Source of the DNA: an uncultured Bacillota bacterium
GTDB lineage: Bacteria > Bacillota > Dehalobacteriia > UBA7702
Direction: 5' to 3'
Length of the DNA stretch: 64,000 bases
NCBI GenBank assembly: GCA_934702375.1
Contig: CAKUYE010000013.1
Coordinates: forward strand, 1,564-65,563
Below the pieces are notes generated by a model. The model was not told where the DNA came from. It did no database searches and worked only from the letters and a program-made list of their open reading frames with translations. Each line of letters starts with the position of its first letter. Positions within the stretch are counted from its first letter, which is position 1. The position numbers and the translations under genes were made by a program. Shown one piece after another: positions 45,846-56,893 of the stretch.

Positions 45846-47804
45846 ATGACCAAAGAAAGAAAAATACAAAAAGAAAAAAATCCAATTGAACACTGGCATG
45901 TAGTGAATTTCTTTTTGTTAGCTTATGATATAGTTACGGTGAATGCCGCATATTTTCTCGCGTTATGGTTACGCTTCGATTGCAGTTTTTCATTAATTCC
46001 TGACGAATATCTTTCTGCAGCTTTTCATTTTGCTCCATTCTATACCGCTTTTTGTTTGTTGGTGTTTTTCCTGCTGCGTCTGTATCAAACAATTTGGAGA
46101 TTTGCGGGATTCAGTGAGATAATACGTGTTACTTTGGCGACTGTAATTACAAGTGTTTTTTGTATTATCGCAACTTTGATCTTTTTTATACGTATGCCTG
46201 CGTCATACTATATTTTTGGCTTGTTGCTTCAATTTTGTTTTACAATTGGTATTCGATTCTCTTATCGATTTGTATTGTTAGAACGTGAACGTGTACGTCA
46301 AAATAGTCACAGCGCACATCGTGTTATGTTGATTGGTGCTGGTGCTGCTGGGCAATTGATTTTAAAGGATCTTCATCGGATGAAAGAATTGACGGTGAAG
46401 GTATGCTGCATTATTGACGATAATCCAAATAAAGTGGGGCGTTATATTGAAGGTATTCCTGTTGTTGGTGGCCGAGATGATATTTTATTAAATGTTGAAA
46501 AGTATCAAATTGATCGCATTTTCTTTGCTATACCAAGTGCTACGCCAGAACAACGCCGTGATATTTTGAATATATGCAATGAAAGCGGCTGCGATCTAAA
46601 AACGTTGCCTGGCATTTATCAGCTTATTAATGATAACGTTTCTATTCGTCAGATGAAGGATGTTGCGGTTGAAGATTTGCTTGGTCGAGAGCCTATTCGA
46701 GTCGATACAGAGGAAATTTTTTGCACTTTGACGGATCAAGTGATTTTGGTTACTGGCGGTGGAGGTTCTATTGGTAGTGAGCTTTGTCGGCAAATTGCTC
46801 AGCATTTGCCTCGTCGTTTGATTATTTTTGATATATACGAAAATAATGCCTATGATATTGAGCAGGAGTTAAAGTCTAAATATCCCAATTTAAATTTAAT
46901 CGTGTTAATTGGGTCTGTACGTGATGTAAAAAGAATTGATTCTGTTTACAGAAAATATCGCCCAGATATCACGTTTCATGCAGCAGCTCATAAACACGTA
47001 CCTTTGATGGAAGCCAGTCCTTGCGAGGCAATTAAAAACAATGTAATAGGTACCTATAATACTGCTTGTGCCGCAATGCGAAATCATTGCAAGCGTTTTG
47101 TGTTGATTAGTACGGATAAGGCTGTTAATCCGACTAATGTTATGGGAGCAAGTAAACGTATTTGCGAAATGATAGTGCAGTCTCTTAATACGATTCAAAA
47201 TGAGCATAAGTACGAAATCTTACCGGCGATCCACAAGGAGATGAAGGAAGAAATCGTTATCCAAGATAGCCACACGGAATTCGTTGCTGTGCGCTTTGGA
47301 AATGTCTTAGGGAGCAATGGCTCTGTTATCCCGCTCTTTAAGAAACAAATCGCAAATGGTGGACCTGTGACTGTTACTCATCCGGATATTATTCGTTATT
47401 TTATGACAATTCCGGAGGCTGTTAGTTTGGTTCTTCAGGCAGGAGTATACGCAAAAGGCGGTGAAATCTTTGTTTTAAACATGGGCGAGCCCGTTAAAAT
47501 TGACACCTTAGCGCGGAATTTAATTAAGCTGTCCGGTTTTAAACCTGAAATAGATATCCCTATTGTTTATACCGGATTGCGCCCTGGAGAAAAACTATAT
47601 GAAGAAAAGCTAATGTTGGAAGAAGGCTTGGCAATGACAGCAAACGATTTGATTTATGTTGGTAAGCCTATCCATATTGACATCGATGGTTTTATGGTAA
47701 AATTAAGAAACCTAGCTTCTGCTGCCTATGATAATGATGAAAATATATGTGAATATGTTGCAGAAATAGTGGACACATATCGTCTGCAGAAAGATAGAGA
47801 ATGA
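45846..47804 (+). CDS. Membrane-anchored UDP-sugar 4,6-dehydratase (CapD/PglF/WbpM family)
   Basis: Four N-terminal TM helices. Two Rossmann modules (MLIGAGAAGQ, VTGGGGSIGSEL). YxxxK dehydratase core. Confidence 0.8.
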   Translation: MTKERKIQKEKNPIEHWHVVNFFLLAYDIVTVNAAYFLALWLRFDCSFSLIPDEYLSAAFHFAPFYTAFCLLVFFLLRLYQTIWRFAGFSEIIRVTLATVITSVFCIIATLIFFIRMPASYYIFGLLLQFCFTIGIRFSYRFVLLERERVRQNSHSAHRVMLIGAGAAGQLILKDLHRMKELTVKVCCIIDDNPNKVGRYIEGIPVVGGRDDILLNVEKYQIDRIFFAIPSATPEQRRDILNICNESGCDLKTLPGIYQLINDNVSIRQMKDVAVEDLLGREPIRVDTEEIFCTLTDQVILVTGGGGSIGSELCRQIAQHLPRRLIIFDIYENNAYDIEQELKSKYPNLNLIVLIGSVRDVKRIDSVYRKYRPDITFHAAAHKHVPLMEASPCEAIKNNVIGTYNTACAAMRNHCKRFVLISTDKAVNPTNVMGASKRICEMIVQSLNTIQNEHKYEILPAIHKEMKEEIVIQDSHTEFVAVRFGNVLGSNGSVIPLFKKQIANGGPVTVTHPDIIRYFMTIPEAVSLVLQAGVYAKGGEIFVLNMGEPVKIDTLARNLIKLSGFKPEIDIPIVYTGLRPGEKLYEEKLMLEEGLAMTANDLIYVGKPIHIDIDGFMVKLRNLASAAYDNDENICEYVAEIVDTYRLQKDRE

Positions 47805-49009
47805 ATGTTATGAAAAATATTCCTTTTAGCCCTCCAGATATAAGCGAGGCTGAAATTGAAGAAGTTGCTGCGGCTCTTCGTTCCGGGTGGATTACGACTG
47901 GTCCTAGAGTGAAGGAGCTAGAAATTCGATTGGCGGAATATTGCCACGTTCCTCGCATGGTATGTTTAAATTCTGCCACTGCAGCAGAGGAACTTACATT
48001 AAGGCTTCTAGGTATTGGCCCTGGGGATGAGGTTATTGTTCCTGCTTACACATACACTGCAACAGCTGCTGCCGCAATTCATGTTGGGGCAAAGGTTATC
48101 TTTATTGATTCTCAAAAGGATTCGGTAGAAATGGATTACGACCTGGTTGAAGAGGCCGTTACTCCGTGTACAAAGGCCATTATTCCCGTCGATTTAGCAG
48201 GAATCCCTTGCAATTATGCAAAATTGCTTGATATAGCTTGCGGAAAACGTTCCCTTTTTTGTCCACAGAATCATATCCAGGAAGCCATTGGAAGAGTAGC
48301 TATTGTTGCTGACAGTGCTCATGCTTTAGGTGCCGAAAAGAATGGTTGTATGGTGGGATCTATTGCAGACTTTTCTTCGTTCTCTTTCCATGCTGTAAAA
48401 AACTTTACTACAGGAGAAGGTGGAGCAGTTGCATGGAAACCTATAAAAGGTATAGATGATGAGGAGATTTATCGTCAATTCCAGCTCTTAAGTTTACACG
48501 GTCAGTCAAAAGATGCTTTGGCAAAAACAAAACTTGGCGCCTGGGAATATGACATTATTGGACCTTGGTATAAATGCAATATGACAGATATTATGGGCGC
48601 TATTGGATTAAAACAATTGGAGCGCTACCCAAAACTTTTGGCTCGACGTAAGGCTATTATCTCTCAATACGATGCCGCATTGCGTCCTCTTGGCATTATA
48701 ACGTTACCGCATTTCGCCGACCAGTTAAAAAGCTCTGGGCATCTTTACTTGACTCGTATACCTGGTATCTCTGAAAAGAAACGTAACAATTTGATATGTG
48801 CGATGGCTGAGATGGGCATTGCTTGCAACGTGCATTATAAACCATTGCCGATGATGACTGCATATAAATCCTTGGGCTGGAATATTCAGAACTTTCCTAA
48901 TGCATATGCCTTGTATGCTAACGAAATTACTTTACCCCTACATACCAAGTTAAGTGATGATGATGTGGAATATGTAGTTGAATGCTTTAAAAAGGCAGTA
49001 ACATTTTAA
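47801..49009 (+). CDS. DegT/DnrJ/EryC1/StrS-family PLP-dependent sugar aminotransferase (PglE-like)
   Basis: PLP lysine context SFSFHAVKNFTTGEGG. ATGA overlap with the upstream dehydratase. Confidence 0.8.
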   Translation: MNVMKNIPFSPPDISEAEIEEVAAALRSGWITTGPRVKELEIRLAEYCHVPRMVCLNSATAAEELTLRLLGIGPGDEVIVPAYTYTATAAAAIHVGAKVIFIDSQKDSVEMDYDLVEEAVTPCTKAIIPVDLAGIPCNYAKLLDIACGKRSLFCPQNHIQEAIGRVAIVADSAHALGAEKNGCMVGSIADFSSFSFHAVKNFTTGEGGAVAWKPIKGIDDEEIYRQFQLLSLHGQSKDALAKTKLGAWEYDIIGPWYKCNMTDIMGAIGLKQLERYPKLLARRKAIISQYDAALRPLGIITLPHFADQLKSSGHLYLTRIPGISEKKRNNLICAMAEMGIACNVHYKPLPMMTAYKSLGWNIQNFPNAYALYANEITLPLHTKLSDDDVEYVVECFKKAVTF

Positions 49010-49024
49010 GAGTGGGAAAACGTC

Positions 49025-49717
49025 ATGATCATTATTGACTGGAATAAGCTTCCTTTTGATTTGCAAAAAGAAGAAATAAAGCCCTATTACGAATCTCTAA
49101 AAAAAAAGAACGTAGAATTAATTTGCAAACGTATTTTTGACATAATCGTTTCTTTTGTGATGATTCTTTTGCTTAGCCCGATTTTGCTAGTACTTGCGCT
49201 GTGGATTCGATTGGATTCGCCGGGAAATGCGATTTTTAAACAGGTTCGTGTGACACAATATGGGCGTAGTTTTAAAATTTTGAAATTTCGTACAATGATT
49301 TCTAATGCGGAAAGGCAAGGTCCACAGGTAACAACGGAAGGCGACTCTCGTATTACGCATGTAGGAAAAAAACTCCGGGATCTTCGCCTTGATGAATTAC
49401 CGCAGCTATTCAATATTTTAAAAGGTGATATGACTTTTGTTGGCACTCGCCCGGAAGTCCCCAAATATGTCAAATCCTATTCTCCTGAAATGCTTGCAAC
49501 TCTGTTACTTCCCGCCGGAGTAACCTCGATTGCGAGTATCGAATTCAAAGATGAAAATCGATTGATGGCAGATTCTGCAGATACGGATGATACTTATGTA
49601 AATGTGGTGTTACCTCAAAAAATGAAGTATAATCTTGCGGCAATCAGGGAGTATAGTTTCTTTAATGATATAAAAACAATGTTTCGCACAGTAGGTGCAG
49701 TTTTAAAGAAAGATTAA
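49025..49717 (+). CDS. Undecaprenyl-phosphate sugar-1-phosphate transferase (bacterial sugar transferase, PglC/WbaP C-terminal type)
   Basis: Single TM plus the conserved KFRTM...DELPQL...GDMTFVGTRP motifs. Confidence 0.8.
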   Translation: MIIIDWNKLPFDLQKEEIKPYYESLKKKNVELICKRIFDIIVSFVMILLLSPILLVLALWIRLDSPGNAIFKQVRVTQYGRSFKILKFRTMISNAERQGPQVTTEGDSRITHVGKKLRDLRLDELPQLFNILKGDMTFVGTRPEVPKYVKSYSPEMLATLLLPAGVTSIASIEFKDENRLMADSADTDDTYVNVVLPQKMKYNLAAIREYSFFNDIKTMFRTVGAVLKKD

Positions 49718-49721
49718 TTTT

Positions 49722-50693
49722 ATGCCAGAGGATATTCTTGTATCGGTAATTATTCCAGTATATAATGAAGAAAAGTATATAAAGTCCTGTTTGGAGTCTA
49801 TGGCGGAGCAGACATTCCCTCATCAGCAAATTGAATGGATAATTGTTGATGGAATGTCAAAAGACAGAACCCTTTCTATAGTAAAATCTTTTACATCGCT
49901 AGATAATATACGCATTCTTGAAAACAAAAAAAGGATTGTGACTTATGCCTTAAACCTAGGAATACAACATGCATTGGGACGATATATCCTTCGGATGGAC
50001 GCCCATGCGAAGTACGATAAGGATTATATTGAAAAATGTGTTTATTATATGGAACATGTCGAGGCTGATAACGTAGGCGGCATTGTTGAAACACAAGGCT
50101 TGGGATATGCAGGAAACGCAAATTCTGAGATATTGTCCTCAAAATTTGGTGTTGGCAATGCCTCTTTTCGTATTGGTTCTGATTCTGGATATGTTGATAC
50201 GGTTCCTTATGGTTGTTTCCGACGAGAGATTTTTAATGAAATTGGGCTCTTTGACGTAGAATTGCCTCGCAGTGAGGACAATGACTTTAATGCACGTATT
50301 CGGGAAAATGGAGGCAAAGTTTATTTGGCAAACGATATTCACTCGGTGTATTATTGTCGTGATAGTGTTATCGGGTTGTTGAATCAAGGGATAAAGAATG
50401 GAAATGCTTTATTTTTAACTTTAAGAAAAAATCCCAAAGCAATGAGCTTGCGACACTTTATTCCGTTTTGCTTTGTCTTATCTTTGATAACCCTTCCTTT
50501 ACTAGGATTGTTATCGGATATTTTCTTCTATATTTTGGGTGTGGAGATAGTTTCTTATCTTTTATCGGATCTAATGTTTTCATTTTCAGGTAAGATCCAA
50601 TTTCTTCCATATAAATTTGTGATGTATCCTGCGTTTCATGTTGCATATGGAATAGGATCTGTTTTAGGTTTATTTAAAGTGCGATTGTATTGA
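49722..50693 (+). CDS. Family 2 glycosyltransferase with C-terminal membrane helices
   Basis: VSVIIPVYNEE...DGMSKD GT2 signature. Confidence 0.75.
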   Translation: MPEDILVSVIIPVYNEEKYIKSCLESMAEQTFPHQQIEWIIVDGMSKDRTLSIVKSFTSLDNIRILENKKRIVTYALNLGIQHALGRYILRMDAHAKYDKDYIEKCVYYMEHVEADNVGGIVETQGLGYAGNANSEILSSKFGVGNASFRIGSDSGYVDTVPYGCFRREIFNEIGLFDVELPRSEDNDFNARIRENGGKVYLANDIHSVYYCRDSVIGLLNQGIKNGNALFLTLRKNPKAMSLRHFIPFCFVLSLITLPLLGLLSDIFFYILGVEIVSYLLSDLMFSFSGKIQFLPYKFVMYPAFHVAYGIGSVLGLFKVRLY

Positions 50694-50709
50694 TTTTATG
50701 AGGTGAATT

Positions 50710-51579
50710 TTGACTGAAATAATGACTGATGTAGAATTAAATCGTCTTCATTGTAAATTGTTGAGTATGTCGGAGTATTTTGTCGATTTCTGTCGCGAAA
50801 ACAATCTTTTGTGTTATTTCTGTGGAGGCGGATGCATTGGTGCTGTGCGACACCACGGTTTTATCCCATGGGATGATGATTTGGATTTCTTTATGCCAAG
50901 GAATGATTATGAGCAACTAAAAAAAGTTTGGGAAGACAAAGGGATGGATGGCCGCTATATCTTGCTATATCCCTCTTTGGAGTGCCATGATGGCAATTGC
51001 TTTATGACATTACGTGATTCTCAAACAACTCAGATTAAGCCGTATCAACAGGATATGGATATTGTTCATGGTGTCGCTATTGATATTTTCCCTCTGGATG
51101 GTTGCCCTTCTGGGAGAATAGCCCGTAAAATGCAGTATTTGTATGCAATGATATATTCTTTGTTTTCTACTGAAATTATTCCGTCAAAGCATGGGCGGCT
51201 TGTTTCAATTGGATGCAAGATTCTGTTAAAATGTGTAAATAACAAAAAAAAACGCTATAAAGTTTGGTGTTTTGCTGAAAAGAAAATGAGCCAATATCCC
51301 ATTTCCGAATGTAAAAAAATTACAGAGTTATGCGCTGGTCCTGGTTACATGAAAAATGAGTATCCGAAGGAGTTTTTTTCTTCTGCTAAGTATATGAGTT
51401 TTGAGGATAAACAAATGCCGGTTCCTATTGGATATGATGGATACCTAAGGATTGCTTTCGGAGATTATATGCAGTTACCACCAGTTAAAGATCGAGTATG
51501 CCATCATGATTTTGTCTTTATGGATTTAGAGAATAGTTACAAAATCTATGAGGGTATTTGGTACCGTTTAAAAAAATAA
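50710..51579 (+). CDS. LicD-family phosphotransferase (candidate CDP-ribitol ribitol-phosphate transferase)
   Basis: LicD nucleotidyltransferase-fold motif FCGGGCIGAVRHHGFIPWDDDLDFFMPR. Confidence 0.7.
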   Translation: MTEIMTDVELNRLHCKLLSMSEYFVDFCRENNLLCYFCGGGCIGAVRHHGFIPWDDDLDFFMPRNDYEQLKKVWEDKGMDGRYILLYPSLECHDGNCFMTLRDSQTTQIKPYQQDMDIVHGVAIDIFPLDGCPSGRIARKMQYLYAMIYSLFSTEIIPSKHGRLVSIGCKILLKCVNNKKKRYKVWCFAEKKMSQYPISECKKITELCAGPGYMKNEYPKEFFSSAKYMSFEDKQMPVPIGYDGYLRIAFGDYMQLPPVKDRVCHHDFVFMDLENSYKIYEGIWYRLKK

Positions 51580-51750
51580 GAGGTGCGAAAGAACACTCTT
51601 TAGTCGATATTTAAATTTAACGATATATGGGGTTCGATTAAAAAAGCTTATTCCAATGCCTAATACGGTGTGTATTGCTTTTAAATAGGGATATAAAAGG
51701 GTATATGAATAAGCACAGTTTCACTGCAATAAGGATTTGAGGGTTAAACT

Positions 51751-52731
51751 ATGTTTCCAATGATTTCGGTGATTGTTTCTGTTTACAACGAATCTAAGTA
51801 TATTGGGCGTTGTATAGAATCGGTTATGCATCAAAGTTATACCAATTTAGAGATTCTTCTTATTGATGATGGATCTACTGATCAAAGCGGAATTATTTGT
51901 GATGAATATGCTAAAAAGGACCACCGTATAAGAGTTATCCATAAGCAAAACGGGGGCATTAGTGCAGTTCGTAATCTAGGAATCGAATCTGCATGTGGTC
52001 AATATATAGGCTTTGTCGATGGTGATGACTATATAGAGTCAGATATGTATGAAGTTCTGTATCGCTTACTGATAGAACATCAAGCAGATATTGCCGTATG
52101 TAATGTTTCCAATTGTTATGAGACTGGTGCGAAAAATTTATATAGTGGCGGCGAAATTTTTACCTGTAGCGGGGAAGAAGCTTTGGAGATTACTCTTGAG
52201 GGAAAGAAAATGCCGGCTTCTTTATGTAATAAGTTATACCGGAGGGAAGTTATTGGTGATTTGAGATTTCGTGTTGGCAAAACCTATGAGGATGCTTTTT
52301 TTCTTCCGGAGTTATTTTTACGTGCATCTTTGTTGGTTGTGACAACGGACGCATATTACAATTATTGGCATCGTGTTGGAAGCATTACTACTTCTGGTTT
52401 TTCAGAAAGAACTTTAGATGTGATTGATGCTTATCAATTTACTTATGATTTAGTGAAGATATCTTGTCCTCGTCTTTTGCCTGTTGCTGAATTCCGTCTT
52501 TATCGGTCTTATCTGATTGTTTTAGAAAAAATGCTGATTTCGGCAGATTATCGCAAGAACAAAGAATTTTCTCGCGTTGTGTCTTTTTTACGGGAGAACA
52601 CGATCAATATTTGCAGAAACAAATACTTTAGTAAAGCTAGGAAAATTTTATCAATTGTATTAAATATCAGCGTAGAGTTTTATCGAAAAGCCTATCTCCA
52701 GAGTTTAAAACGAAACCGCATTTATAGGTAG
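51751..52731 (+). CDS. Family 2 glycosyltransferase
   Basis: ISVIVSVYNES...DDGSTD...DGDD GT2 motifs. TAG stop. Confidence 0.75.
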   Translation: MFPMISVIVSVYNESKYIGRCIESVMHQSYTNLEILLIDDGSTDQSGIICDEYAKKDHRIRVIHKQNGGISAVRNLGIESACGQYIGFVDGDDYIESDMYEVLYRLLIEHQADIAVCNVSNCYETGAKNLYSGGEIFTCSGEEALEITLEGKKMPASLCNKLYRREVIGDLRFRVGKTYEDAFFLPELFLRASLLVVTTDAYYNYWHRVGSITTSGFSERTLDVIDAYQFTYDLVKISCPRLLPVAEFRLYRSYLIVLEKMLISADYRKNKEFSRVVSFLRENTINICRNKYFSKARKILSIVLNISVEFYRKAYLQSLKRNRIYR

Positions 52732-52784
52732 TTGATTGATTGCATATGTGATTGGGTTCTAGATAGATTGTGAGGTCGTAAATT

Positions 52785-53504
52785 ATGATTTTTGGAGGAA
52801 TTTTAGCGGGTGGAATTGGAACCCGTATGCATATGGCAGATATGCCAAAACAATTTTTGCCATTAGGAGAAAAACCTATTATAGTGCATACCCTTGAGAA
52901 ATTTTTGATGTGCCCAGATTTCGAAAAAATTTATGTTGGCGTGCATCATGACTGGACTTCATATATGGAAGACTTAGTGAATAAGCATATTGCATCATTT
53001 TCTTCTGGGAAAGTGGCTGTGATTTGCGGTGGAAATGATCGTAATGAGACTATTCAAAATATTATTTCTGCCATAGAATCGGATTATTGTATTTCAGATG
53101 AGCACATTATCGTAACGCATGATGCTGTTCGTCCATTTGTTACGATGCGTATGATTGAAGAAAATATATCTTGTGCAAAAAAATATGGTGCAGTTGATAC
53201 GGTAACCCCTGCCATTGATACGATCGTAACATCAGAGGATGGGAATATTATTTCCTCAATTCCTAACCGCGCTCAAATGTATCAGGGACAAACTCCTCAA
53301 AGTTTTAAGATTTCCCTTCTTAAAAGCTTGTATCGTTCTTTAAGCGATGACGAGAAAAACGTTTTAACTGATGCGTGTAAGATTTGTGTTGTAAGAAATT
53401 ACCCGGTACACTTAGTTGAAGGTTCTTATACAAACCTAAAAATTACTACTCCTGGCGATTATAAGATAGCCCAGGCAATGGTGGGAGGAAAGATCATTGA
53501 TTAA
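52785..53504 (+). CDS. tarI: Ribitol-5-phosphate cytidylyltransferase (IspD family)
   Basis: IFGGILAGGIGTRM nucleotide-binding motif. Paired with and overlapping a downstream MDR-family reductase, as in tarIJ. Confidence 0.7.
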   Translation: MIFGGILAGGIGTRMHMADMPKQFLPLGEKPIIVHTLEKFLMCPDFEKIYVGVHHDWTSYMEDLVNKHIASFSSGKVAVICGGNDRNETIQNIISAIESDYCISDEHIIVTHDAVRPFVTMRMIEENISCAKKYGAVDTVTPAIDTIVTSEDGNIISSIPNRAQMYQGQTPQSFKISLLKSLYRSLSDDEKNVLTDACKICVVRNYPVHLVEGSYTNLKITTPGDYKIAQAMVGGKIID

Positions 53505-54510
53505 TCAGATCTATCAACTTATTGCGCCTAAAATGATCTCGGTAAAGTATGAAGATCTTTCCCTTTCGAATCAGGTGATTGTTCGCCCGGAATATATGGC
53601 TGTGTGTCATGCGGATCAGCGCTACTATCAGGGGCAGAGGGATGCAAAAGTATTGAGAAAAAAACTGCCGATGGCGCTGATTCATGAATGTTGCGGTAAA
53701 GTGGTGTATGACCCCAATCGCATGTATTTTCCTGGTCAACGTGTGGTATTGATTCCCAATATCCCAACAATAGAAGATGAAGTTATTTATGAAAATTATC
53801 GTAAGGGCTCCTATTTTCTGTCTAGTGGGCATGATGGATTTATGAGAGAATTAGTCGAAATGCCCGTAAACAGAATTGTTTCCTGCGAAGGAATTAATCC
53901 TGTAGTTGCTGCGATTACGGAGTTTATTAGTGTGGCGGTTCATGCGGTTAATCGGTTTGATGTAATTGCTCATAAGAGACGCTCTTCCATCGGTATTTGG
54001 GGAGATGGTAGTTTAGCATTTACGGTTGCTAATGTTGTGCGCTCCTTGTATCCTGAAATACGGATTATTGTGATTGGTCAACAACAACGAAAATTAACCC
54101 AGTTTTCGTTTGTTGATGAAGCATATTTTTCCGGTGAAATTCCTGAAGGCATTTGTGTTGACCATGCTTTTGAGTGTTGTGGTGGCGAAGGCAGTTATGC
54201 GGCGATCGAAGATATCATTCGGTATATTAATCCTCAGGGAACCCTGCTATTGATGGGGGTTTCTGAGAATAAAATTCCCATCAATACTCGCATGGTATTG
54301 GAGAAGGGACTGACCTTTGTGGGGTGTTCCCGTTCAGGAATAAGCGATTTTGATCAGGCTGTGACTTTGCTGAGAGATCAATGTTTTTCGCATCGTTTAA
54401 AAACCATTCTTTATGAATCAGATCCAGTTCATTCTGTACAAGATATTTACAATGTCTTTGCTGAAGACCTTACCGTTCCATTTAAGACGGTATTCAAGTG
54501 GGTAATTTAG
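53497..54510 (+). CDS. tarJ: Ribulose-5-phosphate reductase (zinc-type medium-chain dehydrogenase)
   Basis: MDR fold with catalytic Zn ligands (CHAD...). Genetic pairing with the IspD-family gene. TAG stop. Confidence 0.65.
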   Translation: MINQIYQLIAPKMISVKYEDLSLSNQVIVRPEYMAVCHADQRYYQGQRDAKVLRKKLPMALIHECCGKVVYDPNRMYFPGQRVVLIPNIPTIEDEVIYENYRKGSYFLSSGHDGFMRELVEMPVNRIVSCEGINPVVAAITEFISVAVHAVNRFDVIAHKRRSSIGIWGDGSLAFTVANVVRSLYPEIRIIVIGQQQRKLTQFSFVDEAYFSGEIPEGICVDHAFECCGGEGSYAAIEDIIRYINPQGTLLLMGVSENKIPINTRMVLEKGLTFVGCSRSGISDFDQAVTLLRDQCFSHRLKTILYESDPVHSVQDIYNVFAEDLTVPFKTVFKWVI

Positions 54511-54558
54511 CGATATTATATATTTAAAAAAGACAAATTAAATGAAAGGGAGTAGCGC

Positions 54559-56097
54559 ATGAATGTCGATGTGATAAAAAGAATCATTTTGCAATGGAGC
54601 GAACGTTATCCACTGTGTGCTGTTGTGCAGTTTTTCAGATATGCTTTTTTCTTGATTTCTTTCGCATTATTTTTTTGCGGATATTATTGGTGCGCTCCTA
54701 ATGTTTCATTGTGCGGGGTGTTGTCTTTATTTTTGAGTAATTTACTTTACGGTTTTTCTGCTGCAAGACAACGAATTGTCTTTTTGCTGTTTCATGCTAC
54801 ATTGTTTACTTTCTTGCTTAGTCGTCCGTTTATTAGCATGTTGAGGGGCGACGTTTGGTGGTACTTTGATTTTTCGGCAGTTTCTTTCGCGCTGAATTCA
54901 CTTTTACTTACTTTGCTTTTCTTGCGTTTTGGAGAGATATTCGGAGAGGCAATTTTATCCCGCTCCCTTCAAAAAAGAAATGTCTGTCAGTTGGATAAGA
55001 ATAGTGAATATGTTTGGAATTTCCGTCATGCATTACAAATTATTTCGTTGATTTTCTTTATCCTCACGATGTCTGTTTATCTTATGCTTCAAATCGAAAA
55101 GCTTGTTTTTATGCAAGGACGGGATTATGCTGAAATCTATTCCTCTTTTCGAACAACCTTTCCCTTTTATGTGGAGACGCTGGCTTCGATGATGAAGTTT
55201 GCATTATGTTTTTTTCTCGCAACTATGCCGTCAAAACGCCTGGCTTTCCTTCCGTTGTTTGTTTATTGGCTGTCTGCAGTTCCAGCGTTGATTATCGGTC
55301 AGCGATCTTTGATTGTTCTTCATACCGTGTTTATTTTTCTGTATTATATTTTTCGTGATATCAAAGGAGATGCTCAATGTTGGTTAGGGAAGGGTGAGGT
55401 TGTATTTTTGTTTGCCTGTGGTGTTCCCGTACTGTTTTTTTTAGGCGCGTATAATTATATCCGAGACGGTGTTGGAGTGTCTTTAGGGCTTTGGGACAAT
55501 ATTGTTGATTTGTTTTACAAGCAGGGTGTATCCTTTGATGTTTTATGTATGGGCTATTCGGCTCTTCCTGACTTACCAGATGTAATTCCCAAAAATTATA
55601 CTTTTGGGCCATTTATTGACTACTTTCAGCATGGCTCACTTGCACAGATCCTTTTTGGAGCTGAATCTTTAGGTAGCGGTAATAGCGAGGTTATCGCAAT
55701 TTATGGACACTCTTTTGCAGATAGCTTGGCTTACACGATTCATCCTGGATATTTAAGCGGACATGGTTACGGTTCTTCCTATTTGCTTGAGACCTTTGCG
55801 GATTGGGGGTATTGCGGAGTTATTTGCTTCAGCAGTATTTTAGGTATGATATTTTCCTCTGCATATGCCTTTTTTTGCAAAAATACTTTCATATCCGCTT
55901 TAACGTTGGTGTGTTTGTTGAACTTATTTTATATTCCACGAGCATCTGCCACAAGTTGGCTTCAATTTTTAACAACAATGCAATTTTGGCTTGCAGCAAT
56001 TTTTTGTTATATCACTGCAGGTGTTTGTAGTCGGCAATATTCATTTTGCCAAGGGAAATCGTTGAATTATTATAAAGGAGCAAAATCAGATGTTTGA
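54559..56097 (+). CDS. Polytopic membrane protein, putative Wzy-type repeat-unit polymerase
   Basis: 512 aa, more than 10 TM segments with one large extracytoplasmic loop. Sits between synthesis and Wzz/Wzx genes. No sequence signature checked. Confidence 0.4.
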   Translation: MNVDVIKRIILQWSERYPLCAVVQFFRYAFFLISFALFFCGYYWCAPNVSLCGVLSLFLSNLLYGFSAARQRIVFLLFHATLFTFLLSRPFISMLRGDVWWYFDFSAVSFALNSLLLTLLFLRFGEIFGEAILSRSLQKRNVCQLDKNSEYVWNFRHALQIISLIFFILTMSVYLMLQIEKLVFMQGRDYAEIYSSFRTTFPFYVETLASMMKFALCFFLATMPSKRLAFLPLFVYWLSAVPALIIGQRSLIVLHTVFIFLYYIFRDIKGDAQCWLGKGEVVFLFACGVPVLFFLGAYNYIRDGVGVSLGLWDNIVDLFYKQGVSFDVLCMGYSALPDLPDVIPKNYTFGPFIDYFQHGSLAQILFGAESLGSGNSEVIAIYGHSFADSLAYTIHPGYLSGHGYGSSYLLETFADWGYCGVICFSSILGMIFSSAYAFFCKNTFISALTLVCLLNLFYIPRASATSWLQFLTTMQFWLAAIFCYITAGVCSRQYSFCQGKSLNYYKGAKSDV

Positions 56098-56893
56098 AAA
56101 ATGTGGTCTGAGGGATGTTTTTTACCGTATATGGATGTATAAATTTTGGATTCTAGGTGTTATCACTATTTTTTTTCTCCTAGGATTTTTCCTGTTTCCA
56201 ACAAACAACGAGGATGAACCTATGTCTCATCTTGTTGATGCAAATGGTCATTGGGCTGCCTCTGCTTCTTACCTTGTTTCTTCGGAGTCTGGCCTTTCCG
56301 ATGAAGCTGGAGAGAATGAGACGGATAGCACGGATCTTAAGTTGGCACATACTTATGCGGAAATACTCCATGCGGATTTTTCTGCAGAAAAACTCCTGAC
56401 CCAATTGCGGCAGAAATATTCCATGGATGAACTTATTAACAACCTTTCCTGGGATGTAACAGAGGAAACTGTATCGCCGTTTGCTTTTCGGAATACCTAT
56501 TTTGCCGATGTATTAGAGCCTGCTCCAATTGTAAATATATATGTTTACTCTAAGGATGAGGCCTTGGCTCGGGATTTTTTGGCGGAATGTATTGCAGTTT
56601 TTGAATCTACTGTTGATGTTGTGCCTAATAGTTCTATTAGTAAACTCGATGGGGTTGTCGCTTATGAGTATTTGGAAGATTCTGCGCCGGTATCGGAAAG
56701 CAACGTAGGTTTGAAAAATAGTCTTGTGTTGTTGCCAATTTTGGGTTGCGTGGTGAGTTTATTGGTTGTATGCGCATTGGCAATTTTTAGGCCTACAATT
56801 AACCGAAAAGGTGATTTTTCGCTCTATGATATATTTGTGATCGGGGAGGTATCCCTTCCCCGAGGAAGGACTGGAGTAAAAGATGAAAAATAA
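56090..56893 (+). CDS. Wzz/CpsC-family chain-length determinant protein
   Basis: Two TM helices flanking a periplasmic domain. N-terminal Wzz motif YRIWMYKFWILGVITIFF. Confidence 0.65.
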   Translation: MFEKCGLRDVFYRIWMYKFWILGVITIFFLLGFFLFPTNNEDEPMSHLVDANGHWAASASYLVSSESGLSDEAGENETDSTDLKLAHTYAEILHADFSAEKLLTQLRQKYSMDELINNLSWDVTEETVSPFAFRNTYFADVLEPAPIVNIYVYSKDEALARDFLAECIAVFESTVDVVPNSSISKLDGVVAYEYLEDSAPVSESNVGLKNSLVLLPILGCVVSLLVVCALAIFRPTINRKGDFSLYDIFVIGEVSLPRGRTGVKDEK